64,000 bases of DNA. Origin: Mobula hypostoma (Eukaryota). Position numbers and translations under genes: made by a program. Each line of letters begins with the position of its first letter. Position 1 is the stretch's first letter. The notes under the pieces were generated by a model. It searched no databases. It saw only the letters and a program-made list of their open reading frames with translations, and was not told the origin of the DNA. Where the stretch lies: positions 3,596,001 to 3,660,000 of the forward strand of contig NC_086108.1 in assembly GCF_963921235.1 (NCBI RefSeq), in the 5' to 3' direction. This document shows, piece by piece, positions 1 through 11,280 of this stretch.

Positions 1-455
1 CACTTCGCCCTCACATCCCCCTTGAACCTACCCCTCTCACCTTCAATGCATGCCCTCTGGTATTAGACATTTCTACCCTGGGAAACAGATACTCTCTGTC
101 CACTCAATCTGCTCTCATAATCTTATAAACCTCTGTCAGATCTCCCCTCAGCCTCCAGCACTCCAGAGAAAACAACCCAAGTTTATCCAGCCTCTCTGAA
201 CCAGACAGCATCCTGGTAAACCTCTTCTGCACCCTCCCCAAAGCTTCAACATCCTTCAATAGTGGGGAGACTTGGTAAATGCTGAAGCAAAGTAGTCGAT
301 AAGTACCTCAGCCACATTCTCTGCTCCCCCATTATCCTTGAGTGATCCCACCCTCTCCCTAGTTAGCATCTTGCTCTTGATATATGTATAGAACGCCTTG
401 GGATTCACCTTAATCCCACGTGCCAAGGACTTTTCACGGCCCATCCTGGCTTTCC
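1..455 (-). mobile_element. Degenerate CR1 LINE ORF2 fragments
   Basis: Minus ORF 256-444 (KVNPKAFYTYIKSK...VLIDYFASAFTK) resembles the intact CR1 ORF2 pre-RT region (KSFYRYVKRK...NNYFGSVFTK). Bases 1-250 resemble the CR1 3' region at 4805-5070 in reverse. Confidence 0.8.
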
Positions 456-994
456 TAATTCTATTTTTTGTTATTATTATTATTATTTGTTCTTGTATTT
501 ACGCAAATTGTCTTCTTTAGCACATTGGTTGTTAGTCAGTCTTTGTGTGTAGTTTTTCATTGCTTCTATATATTTCTTTTTTCTACTGTGAATGCCCGCA
601 AGAAAATGAATCTCAGGGCAGTATATTATGACATACGTTGATAGATTTACTATGAACTTTGTTACAAAGAAGCAAGGTGACAGCAGAGATTCAATCCCTT
701 TCCCTCGTGAGCAGGGGGTGAGGGTAGGATTGGGGTTGTGGACAGGGAATGAGCTGGAGTTGTCTGTGTAGCTGCGGGATAAATCCCCAGCAATTTGCAC
801 CATGTGTGCGGCCAGGAGTGGTGGGTTGTCACTAATCCGACCTCAACACCGGTCTGGGACAGCGCACGGGACCTATGCGCTGATTCTCCCGGCTGGTGCT
901 CTCACTCTCATTTCCAAGTGGCTTTTGGGACGTGGGGAGAAACTGGAGCACCTGGGGGAACCCACACGGTCACGGGGAGAATGCACGAACTTGA

Positions 995-1279
995 AAACCC
1001 AAGCCATGAGTTGTAGGGCCCTTGGAAGCGAGTCTGTAGGTTGTGGAATCAGTTCAGAGTTGTGGTGAGTGAAGTTCAGGAGCCTGATGGTCGAGGGGTA
1101 ATAACTGTTCCTGAACCTGGTGATGTGGGACCTGAGGCTCATTGTGGTGAGTGAAGTTATCCACGCTGGTTCAGGAGCCTGATGGTTGTGGGGTAATAAC
1201 TGTTCCTGAACCTGGTGGTGTGGGACCTGAGGCTCATTGTGGTGAGTGAAGTTATCCACACTGGTTCAGGAGCCTGATG
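995..1279 (-). mobile_element. 3' end of a Rex1/Babar/L2-like LINE carrying ~2 copies of the 95-bp unit, inverted relative to the array at 2549-3665
   Basis: Minus ORF 873-1259 contains SLRSHITRFRNSYYPSTIRLLN. Has the same caccacaatgagcctcagg junction as the array, followed by the native 3' UTR (ctctgaactgattccacaacc). Confidence 0.85.
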
Positions 1280-2387
1280 CTTAAATTGATTGGACTTCCC
1301 TTGCTCTTGATGATGGGCTGGCTGCCTTGACTGTGCCTCCTCTTTGCTCAGTTCTGCTGCATTGAATTGCCTCCAAGTCCAAAGGGAAGTTATAGGCTAT
1401 CAAGACTATATCCAGTGCTGGTTGTAAATTATACTTACTCATGTTTGAATTTATGCAATATCTTAAAAATTTCTTCCCACTGGCAGTTAATTTGATCAAC
1501 CATTCTAGTTAGCGAGCTCCTCAACCCCCTCTAACACTGCACCTCTCTGTAAATTCTTTAAACCACTTTTTATCGTGCTGTTTACATCATAAATACATGC
1601 AAATTTATTCCATTTCTGCACTTCTAACTTAATTTTTATACAATTTTTTATTCTGTATAATTGTTGAATGTTGTTGTATTTTGTTGGTTGTTGCTCCCTG
1701 AACAACACACCACAGCAAATTCCTAAAATGTATATGGCCGATAAAGTTGATCCTTGGTGGCCATCTTAAATAGGATGGAAAGTTGCACATCAAATTGCAC
1801 GCGAGAGGCAAGGGATGGGTCGGTTCAGCTCGCTGCTCCACAAAGTATCCTCATCTCTGTGCTGAACTGAGGCTACGGCCTGAAATTAACAGGCTATTGG
1901 ATCTACTGCAGTGATGACCGGCTTTGCAGCTCTGCACATACATTCATGAACTTCACTTGTTTGCACAAATTGTTTTTCTTCTGCACTTTGGGTGTTTGAC
2001 AGTCTGCAACTTTGTTTAATGGGTTCTGTTGGGTTTCTTTGTGTTGTGGCTGCCTGTAAGGAAATGATTCTCAGGTTGTATAATGTATACACACTTGGAT
2101 AATTAAGTGTACTTTGAACTTTGATCCTTGATCTTTTAACCTCGGAATTACTTTATATAATTCTTTATTCTTTATAATTGTTGAATGTTGATGTTCCTCA
2201 TACAGTGATTTCCCAATAAGTGCAAATGCAAATGGCAGATAAAGTTGATCCTTGATCCTTGACATGGTCCTCTTGGGATCACTGTTGTCACCAGGACCAC
2301 CTCAGGAGTGGCTTTACGCTCTTTAGACAGTTCAAAAGCATAACCCTGTCTGAACTAGTAAACATTTTAACTGCACTCTACAAAAAT

Positions 2388-3785
2388 ACAACCCAGTCCA
2401 TTGTAGTCAAAGCCCTCCCTGCCATTGAGCACATCTACGAGGAGAGCCGCCACGAGAAAGCAGCATCCATCATCAAGGACCCCACCATCCGGGCCATGCT
2501 CTCTTCTCACTGCTTACTACCTTCAGGAAGGAGGTGTGGGACCTAAGGCACCAGGTTCAGGAACAGTTATTACCCTACAACCATCAGGCTCCTGAACCAG
2601 TGTGGATAACTTCACTCACCACAATGAGCCTCAGGTCCCACACCACCAGGTTCAGGAACAGTTATTACCCCACAACCATCAGGCTCCTGAATCAGTGTGG
2701 ATAACTTCGCTCACCACGATGAGCCTCAGGTCCCACACCACCAGGTTCAGGAACAGTTATTACCCCACAACCATCAGGCTCCTGAACCAGTGTGGATAAC
2801 TTCACTCACCACGATGAGCCTCAGGTCCCACACCACCAGGTTCAGGAACAGTTATTACCCCACAACCATCAGGCTCCTGAACCAGTGTGGATAACTTCAC
2901 TCACCACGATGAGCCTCAGATCCCACACCACCAGGTTCAGGAACAGTTATTACCCCACAACCATCAGGCTCCTGAACCAGTGTGGATAACTTCACTCACC
3001 ACAATGAGCCTCAGGTCCCACACCACCAGGTTCAGGAACAGTTATTACCCCACAACCATCAGGCTCCTGAACCAGTGTGGATAACTTCACTCACCACGAT
3101 GAGCCTCAGGTCCCACACCACCAGGTTCAGGAACAGTTATTACCCCACAACCATCAGGCTCCTGAACCAGTGTGGATAACTTCACTCACCACGATGAGCC
3201 TCAGGTCCCACACCACCAGATTCAGGAACAGTTATTACCCCACAACCATCAGGCTCCTGAACCAGTGTGGATAACTTCACTCACCACAATGAGCCTCAGG
3301 TCCCACACCACCAGGTTCAGGAACAGTTATTACCCCACAACCATCAGGCTCCTGAACCAGTGTGGATAACTTCACTCACCACGATGAGCCTCAGGTCCCA
3401 CACCACCAGGTTCAGGAACAGTTATTACCCCACAACCATCAGGCTCCTGAACCAGTGTGGATAACTTCACTCACCACAATGAGCCTCAGGTCCCACACCA
3501 CCAGGTTCAGGAACAGTTATTACCCCACAACCGTCAGGCTCCTGAACCAGTGTGGATAACTTCACTCACCACAATGAGCCTCAGGTCCCACACCACCAGG
3601 TTCAGGAACAGTTATTACCCCACAACCATCAGGCTCCTGAACCAGTGTGGGTAACTTCACTCACCTCAACTCTGAACTGATTCCACAACCTACAAAATCA
3701 CTTTCAGGGACTCTACAACTTATGTTCTCAGTATTATTTATTCATTGTATTTTATTTGCACAGTTTGTCTTCTCTTTAAAAAAAG
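2388..3785 (+). mobile_element. 5'-truncated Rex1/Babar/L2-like LINE 3' end hosting the tandem array
   Basis: Encodes LPAIEHIY...KAASIIKDP...LLPSGRR and RFRNSYYPTTIRLLN, the C-terminal motif shared with many copies in the window (e.g. 17639-17872, 47441-48043). Confidence 0.8.
2549..3665 (+). repeat. Tandem array of a 95-bp unit, ~11.7 copies
   Basis: Near-identical ORFs start every 95 bp (2602, 2697, 2792 ... 3647). Unit: ccaggttcaggaacagttattaccccacaaccatcaggctcctgaaccagtgtggataacttcactcaccacaatgagcctcaggtcccacacca, with few substitutions. Confidence 0.98.
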
Positions 3786-4040
3786 TTATTGAGATACACT
3801 GTGGGGTAGGCCCTTCTGGCTTTTCGAGCTGTGCTGTCCAGCAACCCCCAATTTAATGTCAGTCCAATCACGGGACAATTTATAATGACCAACTAACCTA
3901 CCAACCAGTAAATCTTTGGACTGTGGAAGGAAAGTCATGTGGTCATGGGGATAATGTATAAACTCCTTACAGGCCTCAGTGGGAATTGAACCCAGGTCAC
4001 TGGTACTATAAAGCATTGCGCTGACCACTACAGTATGATG
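3785..4040 (-). mobile_element. tRNA-derived V-SINE-like element
   Basis: Reverse strand has a B-box-like gggttcaattcc and the ccacagtccaaagat...ggtaggttagttggtcatt core shared with 6188-6478 and 58245-58525. Confidence 0.7.
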
Positions 4041-4159
4041 CTGACTCTTTTGCATATTAGTTGGTTTTTAGCCTGTATCTATGCATAGTTTTTCATAAAT
4101 TCTATCAAATTACTTTATTTTTCACTAAAAATGAATCTCAAGTAGTATATGGTGACAGA

Positions 4160-4701
4160 TACACTCAGTGGCCACATGATTAGGTACACTTGCTTATTAA
4201 TGTAAATATCTTATCAGTCAGTCATGTGGCAGAAACTCAATGCATAAAAAGCACGCAGACATGGACAAGATGTTCAATTGTTTTCAGACCAAACATCAGA
4301 ACGGGGAATGAAATGTGATTTAAGTGACTTTGATTGTTGGTGCCCAACAGGGTGGTTTGCGTATCTCACAAACTGCTGATCTCCTGGGATTTTCACACAC
4401 AACGTTCTCTAGAGTTTACAGAGAATGGTGTGAAAAACAAAAAAATATCCAGAGCTGGCAGTTCTGTGAATCAAAATCCCTTGGTCAGAGGAGAATAGAC
4501 AACTGGTTCAAGCTGACAGGAAGGCTACAGTAACTCAAATAACCTGGCATTACAACAGTGGTGTGCAGAACAGCATCTCTGATCGCACCACATGTCGAAA
4601 CTTGAATATGATGGACTACAGCAGCAGAAGGCCACAAACATACGCTCATTGCACATTTTATTAGGTACAGGAAGTATCTCACAAAGTGGCTACCGAGTGC
4701 G
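4160..4701 (+). mobile_element. Non-autonomous Tc1/mariner DNA transposon
   Basis: Degenerate TIRs (tacactcagtggccacatgattaggtac ... gtatctcacaaagtggctaccgagtgc). Internal ORF 4324-4533 ISQTADLLGFSHTTFSRVYREW resembles a Tc1 transposase N-terminal HTH. Confidence 0.75.
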
Positions 4702-4803
4702 TGCATACTTAGATAATGAATTTACTTTAGTTCTTCTCTGGTCCTCCTGGGTTTGATCTTTGTCGCTGGGACCACCTCAGCAGTGGCCTTAAACTCCTGA
4801 GGC

Positions 4804-5298
4804 TTTGGAGAGGGTGCAGAAAAGGTGTACCAGGATGCTGTCTGGTTTAGAGGGCATGTGCTATCACGATAAACTTGGATTGTTTTCTCTGGCGTGTCGG
4901 AGGCTGAGGGGAGATCTTATAGAGATTTACAAGATTATGAGAGACATGGATAGAGTAGACAGGGAATATCTGTTTCCCAGGGTAGAAATGTCTAATACCA
5001 GAGGGCGTGCATTGAGGGTGAGAGGGGGTAGGATCAAGGGGGATGTGAGGGGTAAGTTTTTTACTCAGTGAGTGGTGGATGTCTGGAATGTGCTGCCTGG
5101 TCTGGTGGTAGAGGCAGATACATTAGGGGCTTTTAAGAGACATTTGGATAAGCACATGGATGTGAGGAAGATGGAGGGATATGGACACAGTGTAGGTAGG
5201 AGGGATTAGTGTTCGGGTGTTTTTGATTTACTTTTTAGCTGGGTCAGCACAACATTGTGGGCCGTATAGCCTGTTCCTGTACTGTACTCTATGTTCTA
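4804..5298 (+). mobile_element. CR1 LINE 3' fragment
   Basis: ERVQKRCTRML...LGLFSL..RRLRGDLIEIYKI...NTRG matches the CR1 ORF2 C-terminus and ends in a ctatgttct tail. Close relative at 51457-51895. Confidence 0.9.
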
Positions 5299-5570
5299 CG
5301 TTTCGGGATGAGGCCCCTCATCAGGACTGAAAAGGAAGGAAGAAAATACCAGAATAAAAAAAGGTGGGGGGAGTGGAAGGGTAGGTAGAAGGTGATGGGT
5401 GAAGCCCGGTGGTGGGGAAGGTTAAGGGCTGGAGAGGAAAGGAGTCGGGTAGGAGAGGAGAGTGGACCATGGGGGAAAGGGAAGGAGGAGAGAACGCAGG
5501 GGGAGGTGATAGGCAGGGGAGAAGAGATAAAAGGTCAGAATGGGGAATAGGGGAAGGGGGTGGGGTGGGG
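5299..5570 (-). mobile_element. Penelope-like pseudo-LTR fragment with a hammerhead core
   Basis: Minus strand has a pyrimidine-rich tract followed by gtcCTGATGAggggcctcatcccGAAACg. Confidence 0.7.
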
Positions 5571-6187
5571 CTGTTGAGGCCATTTTAAAAACACAACCCT
5601 GTCTGAACAAATAAACATTTTAACTGTGCTCTAGACAGATTACCCTTTGCGCTGTAAAATGCGCATTAAATGTACAGGCAATAACCAGCTGGTGATTATC
5701 ACTCACTTAATCTTCTACTGCCTGTGTAACACTGCTGGTCTATCAGTTATTCAGAGTCACCATCTGTCATTGAGGCTAAGAAATTAACCCGAAATTAATA
5801 AAATGCCCTCCGCCAGCTCTGCTGGCTGCATTGTAAGCATAATTAAATAATAATCATAATGCTTGGATCATGTCAGAATGTTTTCTAAATTGAATTATGT
5901 GTGACAATCAGCAAATGCGGCAGCTAGTGTTCACCCAGTGATAATCACCAAACAACTCCAGATGAAGAGCCATTTAATTTCTTTTTATCTGAGTGTGATC
6001 TAGAGGTCCATATGACCATAAGACATAGGAGCAGAATTAGACCATTCAGCCCATCGAGTCTGCTCCGCCGTTCCATCGTGGCTGATGCTGGATCCCACTC
6101 AAACCCGTACACTTGCCCTCTCGCAAGTGAGGTCCAACACCTCTCCTCATCCTCGGAGATTTTGGGACTAAAAATTGAGATTGCCTC

Positions 6188-6478
6188 CCGGCAGTGTAGT
6201 GGTCAGTGCGACGCTGTTACAACTTGGGGCATTCTGGGATTTGGAGTTCAATTCCGGCTCCTTCTTTAAGGCATTTGTAAGTTCTCCCCAGGATTGTGTG
6301 AGTTTCCTCAGGGTGCTCTGATTTCCTCCCAGTGTCCAAAGACGTACTGGTTGGTGGGGTAACTGGTCATTGTAAACCGTCCTGCGATTAGGCTGCAGTT
6401 AAATAGGTGGGTTGCTAGGCAACACTGCTCCTCGGGCCCAAAGGCCTTTTCCGTGCTGTATCTCTAAATAAATAAAAA
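6188..6478 (+). mobile_element. tRNA-derived V-SINE-like element
   Basis: A/B-box-like head (gtgtagtggtcag ... gagttcaattcc), V-domain-like gtttcctcagggtgctctgatttcctccc, and a (TAAA)n tail. Confidence 0.75.
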
Positions 6479-6609
6479 CAGAAATGCAGAGAACACTCAG
6501 CATTCACTGAGTTCAATTCCTTACCTTCACCCTCACTGGGTCTCACCCAGCACTTGCTTTCTTCCTCTTACCCTCCTTTCCTTAGTTCCATCTTTGAAGC
6601 TCACCCTCT

Positions 6610-7430
6610 CTAACATGCTGGTAGAGAGTTTTATTTGGGTTTTTAGCGCTGGAAATAGTTACATCCCAACACACGGGTCAGAAGCATGGTCGCATTGTTC
6701 ATTCCAGGGACCAGCTGCTTGCGCTAATGCCGGCCGGTTTAGCGAACAGAGCGGCGGGCACCCCTGCTGAAATCTGGAGGAAAACACACAGAGGATGCAG
6801 AGGGGGATCACAAAGTCGAGGGAAGAGGACCAGGCCGAGACAGAGACTTATGGAGAAGGGAAGTTCGGTGGGTAATAAAATGGACGAGTTCACGGCGCTA
6901 GCCAGGCGTCAGAGAACATTTGGGGAGAGCAGTGTTATGTGTTTCACTGGAACGGGGTTGCACGAGGACATACCCGATCAAACCTTCTCCATGGACGGCT
7001 TCCAGACCGTTCGGGCTGACCGGAAGTGCACTGAGAGCAGTAAGCGTAAAGGAGTTGGGTGCTTACTGTTCTGGTTAACAACGGATGGTGCAATCTGGGT
7101 CATATTACGATCGAGGAACGTGTTTGTAGACCGGACATTGAACTTTTTACTGTTGGACTTCGGCCACATTCCACCGAGATCCAACACTGGGCGGCACGAG
7201 AGGTCGTTCCTGCCTGTGGCCATCGAACTTGCAGCTCCTCCCGTGGAGGGTCAGACACCCTGAGCCAATAGACTGGTCCTGGACTTTTTTCCGTCTGGCA
7301 TAGTTTGCATTTTGTTGTTTGATTGTTTGTGGTTTTTGTATTGCTATATTTATGCTCAATTCTTGGTTGGTACGGCTGTAACGAAACCCAATTTCCCTTG
7401 GGATCAATAAAGTATATCTATCTACCTATC
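6610..7430 (+). mobile_element. Internally deleted Rex1/Babar-like LINE (5' endonuclease start fused to the extreme 3' end)
   Basis: ORF 6727-7263 reads SVGNKMDEF...VMCFTGTGL (APE start). At ~7170 the sequence switches to IPPRSNTGRHERSFLPVAI, the C-terminus of 13028-13627. Confidence 0.75.
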
Positions 7431-10400
7431 TATTTTCCCTTTTCCTCTTCCCCCCTTTCTCTTTCCCCTTTTTCCTCCTTTTCTTCCTCTCTCCTTTCCG
7501 CCTTCCTCCTTTCCCCTTCCTTCTTTTCCTTATTTACTGAGACACGGTGCAGAACAGGCCCTGCCTGCCCTTCGAGCCGTGTCACCCACCAACCCACGAT
7601 TTAACCCTAGCCTCATCTCAATTGACAGTGACCGCAGCACCCGGAGCAAACCCACACGGTCACGGGGAGAACATAATAATAAATAATATTGAGAGCATGA
7701 CTTGTTGACTCCTTGATAGTGAGTCCATAGGTTGTGGAAACAGTTCAGTGAGTAGGTGGGCACTCAGCCCTGGAAAGAAGAGGTGTGGGAGAGTTGAGTG
7801 CTTTGGATCATCTACTATAATGGAACAGACTAGATGGGCAGAATGGCCTGATTCTGCTCCTTTGTCTTATGGTCACTTTAACCCATAACTGACCCTCCTT
7901 CATCTCTGTGGATCAAATTTCACCCCATCCGGATACCTGTGATAGGTTCTCAGGCAGCTTTAAGCAAAGAGAAACGTCAATTGAAACACGGGTGCACAAG
8001 CTGATGCAGGACTGGCTTTAACCTCTGACCACCAAGGTGCTAAGTGTCCATTTTCCAGAGCTTCCCTGAGTGTCAAAGCTTGTTTACGTCTGCGCCTGTC
8101 AGCGTCACAGAATGGACCGATTCTGCTTGTCAATGATCTTGTCCCCCAGCCAGGTAGGGCTCAGAACCAGGTGCACAACCCGCCTTTGTTCGACTTGACA
8201 GGGAAGCTCATGGCAAACTCGACATGAGACAGAAAAGAGCATTGAGCCAAAAGCTGATGCCAAGTGCAACATGACACTGCCTGACTACAATGGCACAATT
8301 ACTGCAAGGCTTTACAAAAGCAAATGATACAATGGGAAGAACTTCCATTCAAGGAGCCCGCTTAGCATGGAAGAATTTCCCAAGCTCCTTTGTTGGAGTG
8401 TTTTCCAACAGCAGTTACAAAATCTTATAAAGGTAACGATATAAGTTCAGTCAGAGGAATGTTTTATGAGCGTGCCAAAGGAGGAGAGAGTTAACGAGGT
8501 TTAAGAACAGAATTCAAAAGCTCAGGACAGCCAATTAAGACCATGAGACCATAAGGAGTAGAAGCACAACTAGGCCATTCAGCCCATCGAGTCTGCTCCA
8601 CCATTCCATCATGGCTGATGCCGAATCCCACTCAACCCCACACACCTGCCTTCTCACCATATCCTTTGACCGATCAGGAAACTATCAACTTCTGTCTTAA
8701 ATATATGCATGGACTTGGCCTCCACAGCACTCTGTGGCAGAATATTCCACAGATTTACTACTCTCTGGTTAAAAAAAATTCCTCCTTACCTCTGTTCTAA
8801 AGGGCTGTCCCTCAGTTTTGAGGCTGTGCCCTCTAGTTCAGAATACTCCCCACCACCGGAAACATCCTCTCCACATCCACTCTATCTAGTCCTTTCGACA
8901 TTCGGTAGGTTTCAGTGAGATTCCACCCCCCAACCTCCCCCCCGGCATTCTTCTAAATTCCAGTGAGTACAGGCCCAAAGCTGTCAGATGCTCCTCATAT
9001 GTTAACCCCTTCATTCCCAGAATCATCCTCATGAACCTCCTCTTGACTCTCTCCAATGGCAACGCATCCTTTCTGAGATGTGGGGCCCAAAACTGCTGAC
9101 AATACTCCAGTGTGACCTGACTAGTTACTTATAGAGCCTCAGCATTATCTCCTTCCTTTTATATTCTGTTCCCCTTGAAATAAACACCGACATTGCATTT
9201 GCCTTCTTTACCACAGACTCAACCTGTAAATTAACCTTCTGGGAGTCTTGCACAAGGACTCCTAAGTCCCCCCATACCTCTGATGTTTGAACCTTTTTCC
9301 CATTGAGATAACAGTCTGCACTATTGTTCCCTTTACCAAATTACATTTCCCAACACTTTATTCCATCTGCCATTTTTTTGCCCATTCTTCCAATTTGTCT
9401 AAGTCCTGCTGCAATCACATTGCTTCCTCAGCACTATCTACCCTTCTACCTATCATATTATCCGCAAACTTTGCCACAAGGCCTTCAATTGCATTATCCA
9501 AATCACTGACAAACAATGTGAAAAGTAGCAGTCCCAATACTGACCCCTGAGGAACACCACTAGTCACTGGCCCCAACCAGAAAAGGCCTCTTTTATTCCC
9601 ACTCGCTGCCTCCTGCCTGTCAGCCATTCCTCTATCCTGTATCCCTTCTTTAATGCCACAGGATTTTATCTTGTTAAACAGCCTCACCTTATCAAATGTC
9701 TTTTGAAAATCCAAGTAAATGACATCCACTGTCTGCCCTTTGTCCACCCGGCTTGTTACTTCCTTGAAGAACTCTAATAGATTTGTCAGGCAAGATTTCC
9801 CTTTACAGAAACCATGCTGACTTTGACTTATTTTATCATTAATCTCCAAATACCCCAAAACCCCATCCTTAGTAATAGACTCCAACACTTTTTCAACCAC
9901 TGAGGTTAGGCTAACTGGCCTATAATTTCCTTTCTTTTGCCTTCCTCCCTTCTTAAAGAGTGGAGTGACATTTGCAATCTTCCAGTCCTCCAAGACAGTG
10001 CCAGAATCAAGTGATTCTTCAAAGATCATACACAATGCATCCGTTATCTCTTCAGCAAACTCTCTCAGGACTCTGGGATGTAGTCCATCTGGCCCTGGTG
10101 ACTTTCCCACCTTAAGACCTTTCAGTTTGCCCAGCTCTTTTTCCTTTGTAATAGCAATGGCACTCACTCCTGCTCCCTGACACTCACAGACCTCTGGCAC
10201 ACTGCTAGTGTCTTCCACAGTGAAGACAGATGCAAAGTCCCCATCAAGTTCATCCGCCATTTCTTTGTCCCCAATTACTACCTCACCAGCATCATTTTCC
10301 AGTGGTCCAATATCATCCCTCACTTCCCTTTTTACTCTTTATATAACTGAAAAAAGCTTTTAGTATCCTGCTTTATATTATTGACTAGATTGCCCTCATA

Positions 10401-10651
10401 GTTCATCTTTTCCCTTCTTATAGCATTTTTAGTTGCCTTTTGTTGGATTTTAAAAGCTTCCCAATCATCCAACTTCCCACTCACTTTTGCTACCTTATAT
10501 GTCCTTTCCTTGGCTTTTATGCAGTCCTTAACTTCCCTTGTCAGCCATGGTTGTCTACCCCTACCATTTGAGAACAACTTCCTCTGTAGGACTGTAACAC
10601 TCACACACGCTGGAGGAACTCAGCAGGTCGGGCAGCATCCGTGGAAAAGAT

Positions 10652-10689
10652 CGGTCGACGTTTCGGGCTGGAACCCTTCGTCAGGACTG
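10652..10689 (-). ncRNA. Minimal type I hammerhead ribozyme of a Penelope pseudo-LTR
   Basis: Minus strand cagtc-CTGACGA-a-ggg(ttccag)ccc-GAAAC-GTC-gaccg: intact core, stem I (gtc/gac), stem II, and palindromic ACGT in place of stem III. Confidence 0.75.
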
Positions 10690-10953
10690 CAGAGGGAGGG
10701 GGCAGAGGCCCTATAAAGAAGGTGGGGGGAGGGTGGGAAGGAGAAGGCTGGAAGGTTCCAGATGAAGAACCAGTAAGGAGAAAGATAAAGGGGTGGGGGA
10801 GTGGAGGCAGGGAGGTGATAGGCAGGAAAGGTTTAGAAAGAACAGGGGAAAACACTATGGGTAGTAGAAGGAGGCGGAACCATGAGGGACGTGGTAGGCA
10901 GCTGGGGGAGGGGGCAGAGTGACATAGGGATGGGGGAAGGGAGGGGGAGGGAA

Positions 10954-11280
10954 TTACTGGAAGTTGGAGAACTCGATGCTCATACCAAGGGGCTGGAGAC
11001 TACCTAGACGGTATATGAGGTGTTGCTCCTCCAACCTGAGTTTAGCCTCATCATGGCAGTAGAGGAGGCGATGTATGGACATATCCGAATGGGAATGGGA
11101 AGCAGAGTTGAAGTGGGTGGCTACCGGGAGATCCTGTCTGTTGTGGTGGACGGAGCGGAGGTGCTCGACGAAGCCGTTCCCCAATCTGCGTCGGGTTTCA
11201 CCGATGTAGAGGAGGCCGCACGGGGAGCACCGAATGCAATAGATGACCCCAACAGTCTCACAAGTGAAGTGTTGTCTCAC
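10954..11280 (-). pseudogene. Penelope-type GIY-YIG endonuclease fragment
   Basis: FTC...GVIYCIRCSPCGLLYIGETRRRL..F.EH: GIY-YIG motif with the CxxC insertion typical of Penelope-like elements. The RT domain is missing. Confidence 0.9.

Noticed and set aside
1430..1510. Possible minus-strand exon with a gtaagt donor
   Set aside because: Acceptor lacks a pyrimidine tract and the peptides are unrecognisable.
2549..3665. CRISPR-like array or repeat-encoded 65-aa peptides
   Set aside because: Units are contiguous with no unique spacers, no cas genes are present, the context is eukaryotic, and the unit derives from a LINE 3' end.
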